Shown: piece by piece, positions 1 through 11,575 of the stretch
Numbering within the stretch: position 1 is the stretch's first letter
Layout of the letters: the number at the start of each line of letters is the position of its first letter
DNA from: Octopus sinensis
Taxonomy: Eukaryota
Assembly: GCF_006345805.1 (NCBI RefSeq)
Contig: NC_043007.1
Coordinates: 53,630,001-53,694,000, forward strand
Direction of reading: 5' to 3'
DNA length: 64,000 bases
Position numbers and translations under genes: made by a program
The notes under the pieces: model-generated
Told to the model about the DNA's origin: nothing
Database searches by the model: none
Seen by the model: only the letters and a program-made list of their open reading frames with translations

Positions 1-83
1 TATAAGATACTATAAAATGTGGGAGTAGTTAGGAATCTAAATCGGAGTAGACAGACACACAATCTTTCTTTTATATATAAAGA
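1..83 (-). mobile_element. 5' terminus of a non-autonomous Helitron-like element (continues off-window)
   Basis: Minus strand reads A|TCTTTATATATAAAAGAAAGATTGTGTGTCTGTCT, the same style of TC start as the Helitron ends at 15646, 20425, 21980, 50497 and 55476. Confidence 0.55.
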
Positions 84-84
84 T

Positions 85-775
85 TTTCGTCCTAAAAAAC
101 TTTGTATGGATTGAATGGTTACCTCTATGGAAATATATACATGCACATTATACATACATGTGTGTATAGATGAATATATAAATACATTTAAATATCTATA
201 TACACTTTTGGGCGATCTTTCTTTTTCTTAGAGATAACTTTAGATCTTATTTTCATCCTAAAAAACTTTGTATGGAGTGAATGGTTACTTCTATGGAAAT
301 ATATACACACACGTTATACATACATGTGTGCATAGATGAATATATAAATACATTTATATATCTATATACACTTTTGGGCGATCTTTCTGCTACTTAGAGA
401 TAACTTTAGATCTTATTTTCGTCCTAAAAAACTTTGTGCGGAGTGAATGGTTACGTCTATGGAAATATATATACACACACATTATACATACATCTGTGTA
501 TAGATGAATATATAAATACATTTAAATATCTATATACACTTTTGGGCGATCTTTCTGCTACTTGGATATACTTTGGATCTTATATTCGTCCTAAAAAACT
601 TTGTGCGGAGTGAATGGTTATGTGTATGGAAATATATACACACACATTATACATACATCTGTGTATAGATGAATATATAAATACATTTAAATATCTATAT
701 ACACTTTTGGGCGATCTTTCTGCTACTTGGATATACTTTAGATCTTATATTCGTCCTAAAAAACTTTGTATGAAT
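85..775. repeat. Tandem satellite-like array, ~166 bp unit, ~4.2 copies
   Basis: CCTAAAAAACTTTG recurs at 91, 257, 423, 590 and 755 (spacing 165-167) with near-identical intervening sequence. Confidence 0.95.
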
Positions 776-899
776 TGAAATTTTTAAGAAAGGAATTTGT
801 TTACATACATGTCTGAAATGGCAAATGTTTGTGCAGTTGTCCGAAATGGAACCAGGGTAAATGTGTGGAACTGATGTATAATAATGAATAGTCCTTGTT

Positions 900-1686
900 G
901 TTGTGAATAATAATTTGATGAATATGAACTGAAAACCAGTGGTGTAGCAAAAAGGATGACCAGTCTGACTGGCTCATCCGTGTCACACACTCACACACAT
1001 GCACACACACACACATACACGTTAGCTTACAATTTTATTTATATATTTGCGTGTCTATGTGTGTAAAGAGGAAGTGGGAGTAATATGCAGAGTAAAGGCT
1101 TTGAAGTGAAATGGTAGTTTTCTCGAATTTTTTCTGAAATGGGGGTGAAATTGAAAGAAATTTTGTATGTCATGACCGAATGGAAGTACTTTGAAAAATC
1201 ATAGGTAAACTGTAATTGAAGAAATTGTGTGAGGAGTAAATCGTTATGTATTTATTTGTTTCTGTTTGCTGTGTTTTTTTTTTTGAGTAGTGGTTTAAGG
1301 TACACTTGCAAAGAGAAAGTATGAGAAATTATGGTGATAGCATGAGTGATCTATTTTATATAAATACTTTCACTTTAATTGTTGCACACTTGCAAAGAGA
1401 AAGGAGGAGAAATTAGGGTGATAGCATGAGTGAAGCAGTTCGCTCCGTTTTTGTGTGTGTATGCTGTAGCCCACACTAAGAAAAGCACTTCACTTACACA
1501 CCACAATGTGAGTTTTCTCGAAATTTTGCTTAATTGGGGTTGAAATTTGAAAAACTGTGCCTGGCACGACCCGATGTATTCTACTCTTAAAAATGCTAGG
1601 TAAATTGTAATTGAAGAAATCTTATATTGTAGATTTCTATAAGAGACAAAGGAAGGCAGATAAAATCTGCCTTTTATAATAAGAGA
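900..1686 (-). mobile_element. Non-autonomous Helitron-like segment with internal diverged duplication
   Basis: Minus-strand start A|TCTCTTATTATAAAAGGCAG at 1686 with 9-bp hairpin 1653-1673. 905-980 resembles 20035-20130 inside the Helitron at 15790-20425. 1105-1350 and 1385-1620 contain diverged duplicated blocks. Confidence 0.45.
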
Positions 1687-2479
1687 TTTATATATGTATG
1701 TATGTATATATATATGTCTATGCCATGACATGCTTAGGATGTGGTAACCACTATATTGGATAAACAGGATTATCACTCCATCGAAGAACCACCATCCACA
1801 AAGAACAAATCCGCCACCCACAATACAGACAGTTACAGGTTAGTGAACACATAGAAAGGTGTGCTACAAATCTTAATCCTAATTTCCAAATTTTCCCCTT
1901 CTATCAATGTTCACAGAACACCTCAATGCAACAAAGATTGAATAAAAAGGCAATTTTCATCAATAAATATCTTCCCCAGCTAAATATGAACACATAACAT
2001 AATACAGAACACTACTAACCCTTCAATTAATACCACTAACACCCATACATCCCTTATACCATTCACATTACAATTCTATATCTAACCTAACTGCACAAAA
2101 TCCAGAACTATTTACCTCCCTTAAAAATAATCTTTTTACTCAAGAACTAACACCGTTCATTAGCCGGTGTTCATTCAAAGCAATGAATAGACATACGAAA
2201 CTGCGGTATGCTTGAATCTCTTCAATAATCTCATAATAATAACTTTTATGAATTTTATTACTTTTATTACTACCTCAGTTCATCTAATTGTATATATCTG
2301 TCGTTATCTTTCATAAAAAGCCTTTTCTTTTATTATTTACAATGTGCATTTTCGTTGATTTTTCTTACTTTCCTCTTACATTTCCACGTGTAGTTTCTAT
2401 TTTTTTTTTGTAACATATTTCTACTATATATATGTATGTATATGTATGTATGTATATGTATGTATATCTATCTATCTAT

Positions 2480-2571
<92 letters not shown>

Positions 2572-2573
<2 letters not shown>

Positions 2574-2865
2574 AGGCACAATGGCCCAGTGGTTAGGACA
2601 GCGGACACACGGTTGGAGGATCGAGGTTTCGATTCCCAGAGTGGGCGTTGTGTGTGTTTATTGTGTGAAAACACCTAAAGCTCCATGAGGCTCCGGCAGG
2701 GGGTGGTGGCGACCCTGTTGTACCCTTTCACCCCAACTTTCTCTCACTCTTTCCTGTTTCTTGAGTAACGCTGCGATGGACTGGTGTCCCATCCAGCTGG
2801 GTGGAACACATACGCCACAGAAACCATGAGCCTCGCTAGGCTTGAAAAGAGCACATAAAAAAATA
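2572..2865 (+). mobile_element. tRNA-derived SINE, family A (tail type 1)
   Basis: A box TGGCCCAGTGG and B box GGTTTCGATTCCC; body shared with 8833 and 34004; A-rich end. Confidence 0.85.
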
Positions 2866-2869
2866 AATA

Positions 2870-2879
2870 AATATATATA

Positions 2880-2912
<33 letters not shown>

Positions 2913-3275
2913 ATATATAAGTATGTATGTATATATGTATGTATATATGTATGTATATATATATGTATATATATATATGTATATATACATATATGTATAT
3001 ATACATATATGTATATATATATGTACATACATATATGTATATATACATATATGTATATATATATGTACATACATATATGTGTATATACATATACGTATAT
3101 ATACATATATGTATATATACATATATGTATATATATATGTATATACATATATGTGTATATACATATATGTATATATATATATGTATATACATATATGTTT
3201 ATATACATATATGTATATATACATGCATGTATATATATATGTATATATATGTATGTATATATATATATATGTATA
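2870..3275. repeat. Compound (TA)n/(TATG)n microsatellite
   Basis: Direct reading; similar arrays at 2420-2570, 4285-4450, 5245-5410, 5810-6055, 8010-8320, 8530-8830, 9060-9615, 46465-46850, 50040-50290 and 55860-56085. Confidence 0.95.
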
Positions 3276-3328
3276 TATAGATAAATGAAAGAATGGAGTC
3301 GAATGGCGATTTAACAAAATTCCTTTAT

Positions 3329-3409
3329 TCTCAACATATGTTTCGAAGACTGCATATTCCTAATTCCAAAGGAATAAAGGGTACATTATGCCGTCATCTC
3401 ATCAGGAAA
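3329..3409 (-). ncRNA. Type I hammerhead ribozyme (intact core, GUU site)
   Basis: TTTC-CTGATGA-GATGAC..GTCTTC-GAAA-CATATG-TT-GAGA on the minus strand. Confidence 0.75.
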
Positions 3410-3524
3410 GACAAGGAACTTATGTCAGCATCATGACGAACAAAAACTTTTAGATGACTGCCCCCACGGAGTCCATAGTGATAATCACTATGGACTCCGT
3501 GTGGGCAGTCATAAGTTCCTTGTC

Positions 3525-3605
3525 TTTCCTGAAGAGAAGACGGCATAATGCACCCTTTATTCCTTCGGAATTAGGAATATGCAGTCTTCGAAACATATGT
3601 CGAGA
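3525..3605 (+). ncRNA. Type I hammerhead ribozyme (intact core, GUC site)
   Basis: Stem I TTTC(3525-28)/GAGA(3602-05); CTGAAGA 3529-35; stem II GAAGAC(3536-41)/GTCTTC(3584-89); GAAA 3590-93; palindromic stem III ACATATGT; C17 at 3601. Confidence 0.85.
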
Positions 3606-3883
3606 ATAAAGGAATTTTGTTAAATCGCCGTTCAACTCCATTCTTTCATTTATCTATAGTAAAAAACACACAAATTTCCACACGAAAGCACGTGATTTCT
3701 GCCCTTGGCATGTAGCTTCAACCGTGTTTTCTGACGTAAATTTGCTACCCGGGTTTCGGTTAACCGAATTATCCATACTAGGATAATTCATTCAACTACT
3801 TAAACATTTTTATATGTATATATATATATACATATATATATGACGTTAAATGATGATGATGTATATATATATGTATATATATT

Positions 3884-4283
3884 ACTCTTTTTACTTGTTT
3901 CAGTCATTTGACTGCGGCCATGCTGGAGCACCGCCTTTAGTCGAGCAAATCGACCCCGGGACTTATTCTTTGTAAGCCCAGTACTTATTCTATCGGTCTC
4001 TTTTGCCGAACCGCTAAGTAACGGGGACGTAAACACACCAGCATCGGTTGTCAAGCAATGCTAGGGGGACAAACACAGACACACAAACACACACATACAT
4101 ATACATATATATACATATATATGACAGGCTTATTTCAGTTTCCGTCTACCAAATCCACTCCCAAGGCTTTGGTCGGCCCGAGGCTATAGTAGAAGACACT
4201 TGCCCAAGGTGCCACGCAGTGAGACTGAACCCGGAACCATGCGGTTGGTAAACAAGCTACTTACCACACAGCCACTCCTGCGC
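3884..4283 (-). mobile_element. tRNA-derived SINE, family B (CORE-like), full length
   Basis: Reverse complement of 52004-52410; CORE-like motif GGCACCTTGGGCAAGTGTCTTCT; internal microsatellite; tail GGCGGTGCTCCAGCATGGCCGCAGTCAAATGACTGAAACAAG. Confidence 0.9.
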
Positions 4284-4318
<35 letters not shown>

Positions 4319-5024
4319 ATATATATGTATATATATATATATATATGTGTGTGTATATATATGTATATATATATATATATATGTGTGTGTATATATATGT
4401 ATATATATATATATTTGTGTGTGTGTGTATTTATATATATATATATATATAAGTATTTACTAACTAACTATGATTCTATATTAATAGAAATGAATATATA
4501 TATATTTATATAAATATGAAATGATTTCTATATTTTTTATCCCTACATAAGATACTAAAATTTATTGGAATCATTTGAAAAACTATCTAAAGGATATTTA
4601 TTTAAAATTCAAAAACAGAATTATGGCTGTTAAATGGTAAGGGACATTAAAAACCTCTAGAGCAGTAGTAGTCTCTATTCTCCCTACCCTACTTACTTCA
4701 GCCTACTAACTGTTGCTATAATACATTCAAATATGCCTTAGTTAAATTCCTCAAAATGAGGATGGATTTATGCCTTTGATATAAATAGAAAAAATTCTTG
4801 CTTGTCTCCATTGAACAAAGAATAGAAACCCCCTCCCCACTGATAGATCTAAATAACAAAGTGAACTCAGTGATAAAAAATCTACAGATGGAGAAAGACA
4901 TACTACCACCATGTTCTTAATGATGAAATTAACCTCTCTGTCTATATATCTGCCCTCTTTGTAATGTTGGCAGATGAAATAAGTATAAAAATGCACATTG
5001 TCCGTTTAATTGTAAAATTCTATA

Positions 5025-5112
5025 TGTGGCTGAAGATTGCTCGACATTTTAAAACTGATGTAATACTTACAGTGTTTAATAAAATGCAGTAGCATGAAAC
5101 AATTGTACTACA
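5025..5112 (+). ncRNA. Type I hammerhead ribozyme in a pLTR-like repeat (5025-5245, related to 7780-8010)
   Basis: TGTGG/CTACA stem I; CTGAAGA 5030-36; long stem II (TGCT/AGCA, CATTTTA/TAAAATG; first pair is a U-U mismatch); GAAA 5096-99; ACAATTGT; GUA 5105-07. Confidence 0.7.
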
Positions 5113-6019
5113 CTACCTTGGATATCCTTGTTGCTTATTTTGATTATAATCACCACATTTGATTTATATGGATAATACCATACCAAATTCTGGTGCCTTT
5201 AGCTTAAGTACCATATTCATTTGAATCTAAATTTTGCTGAACTTATATGTATATATATATGTATATATATATATATATATAATATATATGTATATATATA
5301 TACATATAAATATATATATATATATGTATATATGTATATATATATACATATAATATATATATATATGTATATATATATACTTATATATATATGTATATAT
5401 ATATATATCAGTCAATATTGATTGATTGATTAATTTTTGACTAATTCTGAAATTTGTATCAGCAGCTTATATTTGCTGCGGAGTAGATGTCGCGATTACG
5501 GTGAATTCGAAAATTTACGATATATAGACCCGAGGCTTAGATGGTGTAGCCTCGTGTATATATATCTGCCTCCTATTTTTGTGACTTTGCTGACGAGACA
5601 AGCCAAGCGTAAACGGATTTAATTTAATTTAATTAAATTTGATTGCGTGAAGATGTTGAAACCTTGCAGGGTACAAAGTTTGAAGGGGATAAATGTTTTT
5701 TATTTTCCTCTAGTTTCAGAATTACTATTTTTTGCGGTTTTGAGTTTTAGCTGCTCTTTTCAACTGAGTCGAACGACCTTCTCAGGGTCATTCCTTAATA
5801 TTTTGTTGTATATATATATATGTATATATATGTTTATATATATATATGTATGTATATGTTTATATATATATATGTTATATATATTATATATATATATGTA
5901 TGTATTATATATGTATGTATATATATATGTATGTATATATATATGTATGTATATATATGTATATATAATATGTATATATATATATGTATATATATATATG
6001 TATATATATATAATGTATA

Positions 6020-6053
<34 letters not shown>

Positions 6054-6056
<3 letters not shown>

Positions 6057-6190
6057 GAAAGAAGGTTTGAAAATGCAATTTAAAAGATGTTTATTTACTT
6101 AACCGGTTTCACTCTTTGGAAAAAGATTGTCAAAAGTAACATAGAATATTATGAATTCAAAAAAGTTTTTTACATAATTGCCACATTACA
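6054..6190 (-). repeat. Dispersed pLTR-like fragment with degenerate hammerhead (second copy 42848-43030)
   Basis: Nearly identical to 42848-42990; minus strand TTACTT-TTGACAA..GAAA-CCGG-TT-AAGTAA (perfect stem I, C3U and G8A core changes). Confidence 0.5.
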
Positions 6191-6207
6191 TATATATATA
6201 TATATAT

Positions 6208-7250
6208 TGTTACGCCGCTACTCAGGGCCCAAGGCCTTCCAATTGCACCACGGGCCCTAAGTTGCAACGAAGACACTCAGTAAACCGGAAATCCACCACA
6301 GGAAGGGGGGAAGGCGGCGAACGCAGCCAGGAACCAACACAACAAAAGAGGGTTACATAATTTAAACAATCTTTTTTCAAAACAAATTCAAAGCATTCCA
6401 AAACAAAGGTTGACAAATCATGTACAGAGTTCAAAGAACAATCAATTGCATTTAAACATAATACAGAGTTCGAAAAACAAATAATTTAACATTTGACACA
6501 ATACTGTTCGATTTTCTTTTCCAAGAAACATCATTTTACATTTAACACAAAGTTCACAATCAAAAAGGTTCCTTCTCCTTTTTAAAACATTTCCAAATTC
6601 TTTTTTTCTTCCTTTTCTTTTCTCTTAAAAACAGCCAACAATACGCTTTTTTTTTTTACACAACAGTTCTCAAAGTTCCTTCTGCTTTCTTTTTTAAAAC
6701 AACACATTGACTCTATTTGAACATCGAAATTCAAAACACAAATAAAAAACATTACCGCATGTTCCATGCCTGCAACACTCCCTGAACATCACAACCCCCA
6801 CTATAGTAGTCTGGCTTCTTTATGTCTCTCTGCCCCTTCACTGTCATCTTCCTTACTACCTCTCGTCCTGTCTCTTGCCCACTCACTGTCTGTCTCTCTC
6901 TAGACCCTGGCTGTCATCTTTGTGGCTGCCTCTCGCCGACTCCACCATCTCTAACTCACTCCCTTGTCTGCTCCGCTCACATTGACCCTCTCATGGTTTC
7001 TCGGTGACTGACCAACTAACTTAATGCTAGCTATATTTATAACATTGTCCCAGCATTTTTATTTTTTTAAACTTTCCATGACCATGTGGGGGCCATAGAT
7101 CACTTCCTACGACCATTAATACTTGTGGTCTTTGACAGGACAAAGGAAATACCATTGTCCTGAACATCTGGAGCGCTGGTTCGGTTTCAACTAATCGAAC
7201 AAGGGGCATAATGTTTTTTTGTTCGTTTACTTTTCCTTGCCTCCGTAACA
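6208..7250. mobile_element. Probable solo LTR (~1.04 kb) inserted in (TA)n
   Basis: Termini TGTTACG (6208-14) and CGTAACA (7244-50) are 7-bp inverted repeats with TG..CA ends, flanked by ATATAT on both sides; no coding capacity recognised. Confidence 0.6.
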
Positions 7251-7310
7251 ATATATATATATATATATATATATATGACCAAGAAAAAAGTAACAAGAAT
7301 GGATCAGTAG

Positions 7311-7397
7311 TTTAGTACAATTGTTTCATTCTAAGAACATTTTGTTTAAAGCTGCAAATATTACAGCAAATATAATGTCAAGTATTCATCAGCTAAA
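7311..7397 (-). ncRNA. Type I hammerhead ribozyme (intact core, GUA site)
   Basis: TTTAG-CTGATGA-[long imperfect stem II with inner GCTGTA/TGCAGC hairpin]-GAAA-CAATTG-TA-CTAAA. Confidence 0.75.
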
Positions 7398-7779
7398 TCA
7401 CATATATGTTTTCCAAACATCCTAGAGAGTGTAAATATCCTTATGAAGTATTAGGAGTGAGTTCTATGAATTTGAAGTAAGATTATAAGCAGACTTTATG
7501 TTTTCCAACAATGCACAGTTTTTAAAAAAAGTTTTTTAAAATGATTAACTTCTCAGAGAAGTTAAATCCATCCATAAAAATGCAGATATAAGTTCCAGGA
7601 GACATGAGGAAAGAGACTGGTCACACACCGGTTCAGTTCACATCTCTTTTTAAAAACTGTGCATTGTTGGAAAACATATAAAGTCTGCTTATAATCTTAC
7701 TTCAAATTCATAGAACTCACTCCTAATACTTCATAAGGATATTTACACTCTCTAGGATGTTTGGAAAACATATATGTGA

Positions 7780-7866
7780 TTTAGCTGATGAATACTTGAC
7801 GTTATATTTGCTGTAATATTTGCAGCTTTAAATAAAATGTTCTTAGATTGAGACAATTGTACTAAA
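7780..7866 (+). ncRNA. Hammerhead copy with A14G core change (probably inactive)
   Basis: TTTAG-CTGATGA(7785-91)..GAGA(7850-53)-CAATTG-TA-CTAAA. Confidence 0.6.
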
Positions 7867-8050
7867 CTACTGATCCATTCTTGTTACTTTTTCTTTGGTT
7901 ATAATCACCCCACATAATTTTATGGTTAATACCATAAAGAATCCTGGTGCATCTAAGTTAAGTACCATATTCATTTGAATTCATTTGAATCTTAATTGTT
8001 TTGCTGAAATTATATATGTATATGTATATATATATGTATATATGTATGTG

Positions 8051-8100
<50 letters not shown>

Positions 8101-8288
8101 ATATATATATATGTATGCATGTATGTATGTATATATATATATATATGTATGTATTATATAATATATGTATGTATATATATATATATGTATGTATATATAT
8201 ATATATGTATGTATATATATATATGTATGTATGTATATATATATGTATGTATGTATAATATATGTATGTATGTATATATATATGTATG

Positions 8289-8322
<34 letters not shown>

Positions 8323-8329
8323 TCGCCAT

Positions 8330-8531
8330 GTTGAATCGCTAGCTTCTGCACGCATTTTTTTTTTTCCTTGTTTCTCTCCGTGTTTCTTTTCTGTGTATCT
8401 TTCTGTTGAAGAGCGTAGGCTCGAAACGTAAAAGACTTGTTTTATTTATATTCCTGAGCGCCATACTAATACATTGTTTTTTTGTACTCCACCTGCCTTC
8501 GTCTTTTGTTTATTTTCATAACGCTTCCCGT

Positions 8532-8535
<4 letters not shown>
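8330..8535 (+). mobile_element. Solo ~200-bp pLTR-like unit in (TA)n with minimal type I hammerhead (8398-8435, A6U)
   Basis: TCTTT-CTGTTGA-A-GAGC-GTAG-GCTC-GAAA-C-GTA-AAAGA; flanked by TA repeats; architecture resembles 32575-32790 (-). Confidence 0.65.
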
Positions 8536-8595
<60 letters not shown>

Positions 8596-8771
8596 TATAT
8601 ATATATATATATATATAATATATATATATATATATACATATATATATGTATGTATGTATGTGTTATATATATATATATATATACATATATATGTATGTAT
8701 GTATGTATGTGTATATATATATACTATATATTATATATATGCATATATATGTATGTATGTATGTAGTGTAA

Positions 8772-8802
<31 letters not shown>

Positions 8803-8832
8803 GTATGTATGTATGTGTATATATATATATAT

Positions 8833-9053
8833 CAATGGCCTAGTGGTTAGGGCAGCGGACTTGCGGTCGGAGGATCGCGGTTTCGATTCCCAGACGGGCG
8901 TTGTGTGTGTTATTGAGCGAAAAAAACACCTAAAAGCTCCACGAGGCTCCGGCAGGGGATGGTGGTGATCCTGCTGTACTCTTTCACCACTCTAAAGGCG
9001 GTGCTCCAGCATGGCCGCAGTCAAATGACTGAAACAAGTACAAAAAAAAAAAA
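8833..9053 (+). mobile_element. Chimeric SINE: family A head/body joined to family B (CR1-like) tail
   Basis: 8833-8990 matches family A; 8993-9045 CTAAAGGCGGTGCTCCAGCATGGCCGCAGTCAAATGACTGAAACAAGT matches the family B tail at 52353-52400; poly-A end. Confidence 0.85.
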
Positions 9054-9153
9054 AATATATACCATATATATATGATGTATGTATGTGTATATATATATAT
9101 ATATAATATATATATATACATATATATATATGTATGTATGTGTATATAATATA

Positions 9154-9184
<31 letters not shown>

Positions 9185-9247
9185 TATATGTATGTATGTG
9201 TATATATTATATATACATATATATAGTATGTATGTATATGTGTATAT

Positions 9248-9278
<31 letters not shown>

Positions 9279-9382
9279 CATATATATATGTATGTATGAT
9301 GTGTATATATATATATATATATACATATATATATGTATGTATGTATGTGTATATATATATATATTACATATATATATGTATG

Positions 9383-9413
<31 letters not shown>

Positions 9414-9468
9414 TATAATATATGTATGTGATGTATGTGTATATATATATATATATAATATGTATGTG

Positions 9469-9501
<33 letters not shown>

Positions 9502-9506
9502 GTATC

Positions 9507-9578
<72 letters not shown>

Positions 9579-9960
9579 GTTATATATATATATATATGTA
9601 TATATGTATATATAACCCAGTACAACCTGTTGCATGGTCGGGCCGTCGGCGACTAAACCGGCAACCCCACCAAGCTTGCTTGGTGAGGAGGGTGTTGACT
9701 TGTTCTTTTCGGATTATGGCTGCTGTTGCTTAGTGAGTAGGATTGACTCAGTGTACAGCCTTTCCTCACTTTAAAAAAAAATCTTCTTGCACAGGCATTG
9801 CACGATAACAACATTGTTCATGATTGTTGATGGTGCTGTGAGTCTCAACTGAATGGCTGGCTGTAGCCCTAAAAATCAAATAAAAGTCACATTCGATCAC
9901 AGCTCCAATAACAGTTAAGCTTTGTGCAATAGCTATACTCGATAACGTGGAGGCAGCCAT

Positions 9961-10832
9961 CATGTATATATATGTATATAAGTATGTATATATATATATA
10001 TATATATATGTGTATATATGTATATATATATGTATATATGTACGTATATATATATATATGTGTATATATGTACGTATATATGTATATATGTACGTATATA
10101 TATATATATGTGTATATATGTACGTATATATATATATATGTGTATATATGTATATATATATATATATGTATATATGTACGTATATATATATATATGTATA
10201 TATGTACGTATATATATATATATGTGTATATATATATATATGTGTATATATGTATATATATGTATATGTGTATATATGTATATATATATATATGTATATA
10301 TGTACGTATATATATATATATGTGTATATATGTATAATATTATATGTATATATGTACGTATATATATATGTGTATATATGTATATATATATATATGTATA
10401 TATGTACGTATATATATATATATGTGTATATATGTATATATATATATATGTATATATGTATGTATATATATATATATGTATATATGTACGTATATATATA
10501 TATATATGTGTATATATGTATATATATATATATATGTATATATGTACGTATATATATATATGTGTATATATGTATATATATATATATATGTATATATGTA
10601 CGTATATATATATATATGTGTATATATGTACGTATATATATATATATGTGTATATACGTACGTATATATATATATATATGTGTATATATGTACGTATATA
10701 TATATATGTATATATGTACGTATATATATGTATATATGTATGTATATATATGTATATATGTATATATACGTACATATATATATATAGCATATATATATAT
10801 ATGCATATATATATATTGCATATATATATATG

Positions 10833-10870
<38 letters not shown>

Positions 10871-11110
10871 TATGTATGTATATATATATATATGTATGTA
10901 TATATATATATATGTATGTATATATATATATGTATACATGTATAAATATATGTATGTATGTATATATATATATGTATATATGTATAAATATATGTATGTA
11001 TGTATGTATATATATATATGTATATATGTATAAATATATGTATGTATGTATATATATATATATATGTATATATATGTATAAAGATATGTATATATACATA
11101 CATATATATA
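9961..11110. repeat. ~1.15-kb compound (TA)n array with recurrent GTACG/GTGT variant units
   Basis: Direct reading; higher-order motif TATATGTGTATATATGTACG repeats across ~10020-10770. Confidence 0.95.
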
Positions 11111-11490
11111 TTTGATGACTGCCTACATGGTGTCCACGGTGGACGCCATGTAGGCAGTCATCAAAAAGTTTTTGCTCGTCTTGAGGCTGATAGAGGTTCC
11201 TTGTCTTTCCTGATGAGAAGACGGCATAATGCACCCTTTATTCCTTCGGAATTAAGAGTATGCAGTCTTCGAAACATGTGTTGAGAGTAAAGGAATTTTG
11301 TTAAAATCTTCGTTCGACTCCATTCTTTCATTTATTCATGTAAAAAAAATACACAAATTTCCACACAAAAACACAGGGTTTCTGCCTTTGGCATGTAGCT
11401 TCAACCATATTTTCTGACATGAATTTGCTACCCAGGTATCGATTAACCGAATTATCCATTCTAGGATAATTCATTCACCTACTTAAATAT
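11111..11490 (+). mobile_element. pLTR-like element, same family as 3276-3807, starting with a ~55-bp hairpin
   Basis: Palindrome TTTGATGACTGCCTACATGG..CCATGTAGGCAGTCATCAAA (11111-11165); colinear with 3510-3807. Confidence 0.75.
11206..11286 (+). ncRNA. Type I hammerhead ribozyme (canonical CUGAUGA core, GUU site)
   Basis: TTTC-CTGATGA(11210-16)-GAAGAC..GTCTTC(11265-70)-GAAA-CATGTG-TT-GAGA. Confidence 0.85.
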
Positions 11491-11526
11491 ATAATATATA
11501 TATGTATATATACATATATTATATAT

Positions 11527-11575
<49 letters not shown>

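Larger units (their letters stand above)
3276..3807. mobile_element. Palindromic PLE pseudo-LTR-like element with hammerheads in both arms
   Basis: Inverted arms 3276-3424 and 3510-3658, inner 28-bp hairpin 3454-3512; 3510-3807 is homologous to 11190-11490. Confidence 0.7.
7279..7898. repeat. Long inverted repeat (~250-bp arms, ~120-bp spacer), pLTR-like
   Basis: Arms 7279-7528 and 7647-7898 are near-perfect reverse complements. Confidence 0.95.

Noticed and set aside
85-775. CRISPR-like regular repeat
   Set aside because: Whole units repeat with no unique spacers; eukaryotic context.
2572-2645. tRNA-like sequences with A/B boxes (also 8833, 34004, 52004)
   Set aside because: They continue into SINE bodies and lack a convincing cloverleaf, so they are SINE heads, not tRNA genes.
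9760-9960. Possible host exon
   Set aside because: No recognisable domain or convincing splice-bounded ORF; same for 39900-40560 and 4550-5000.
2436-11234. Many long ORFs rich in Y/I/M/C/V/H/T, up to 445 aa (also 43409-44467, 46221-46815, 55061-56142)
   Set aside because: They are translations of TA/TG/CA microsatellites, which lack stop codons in several frames.
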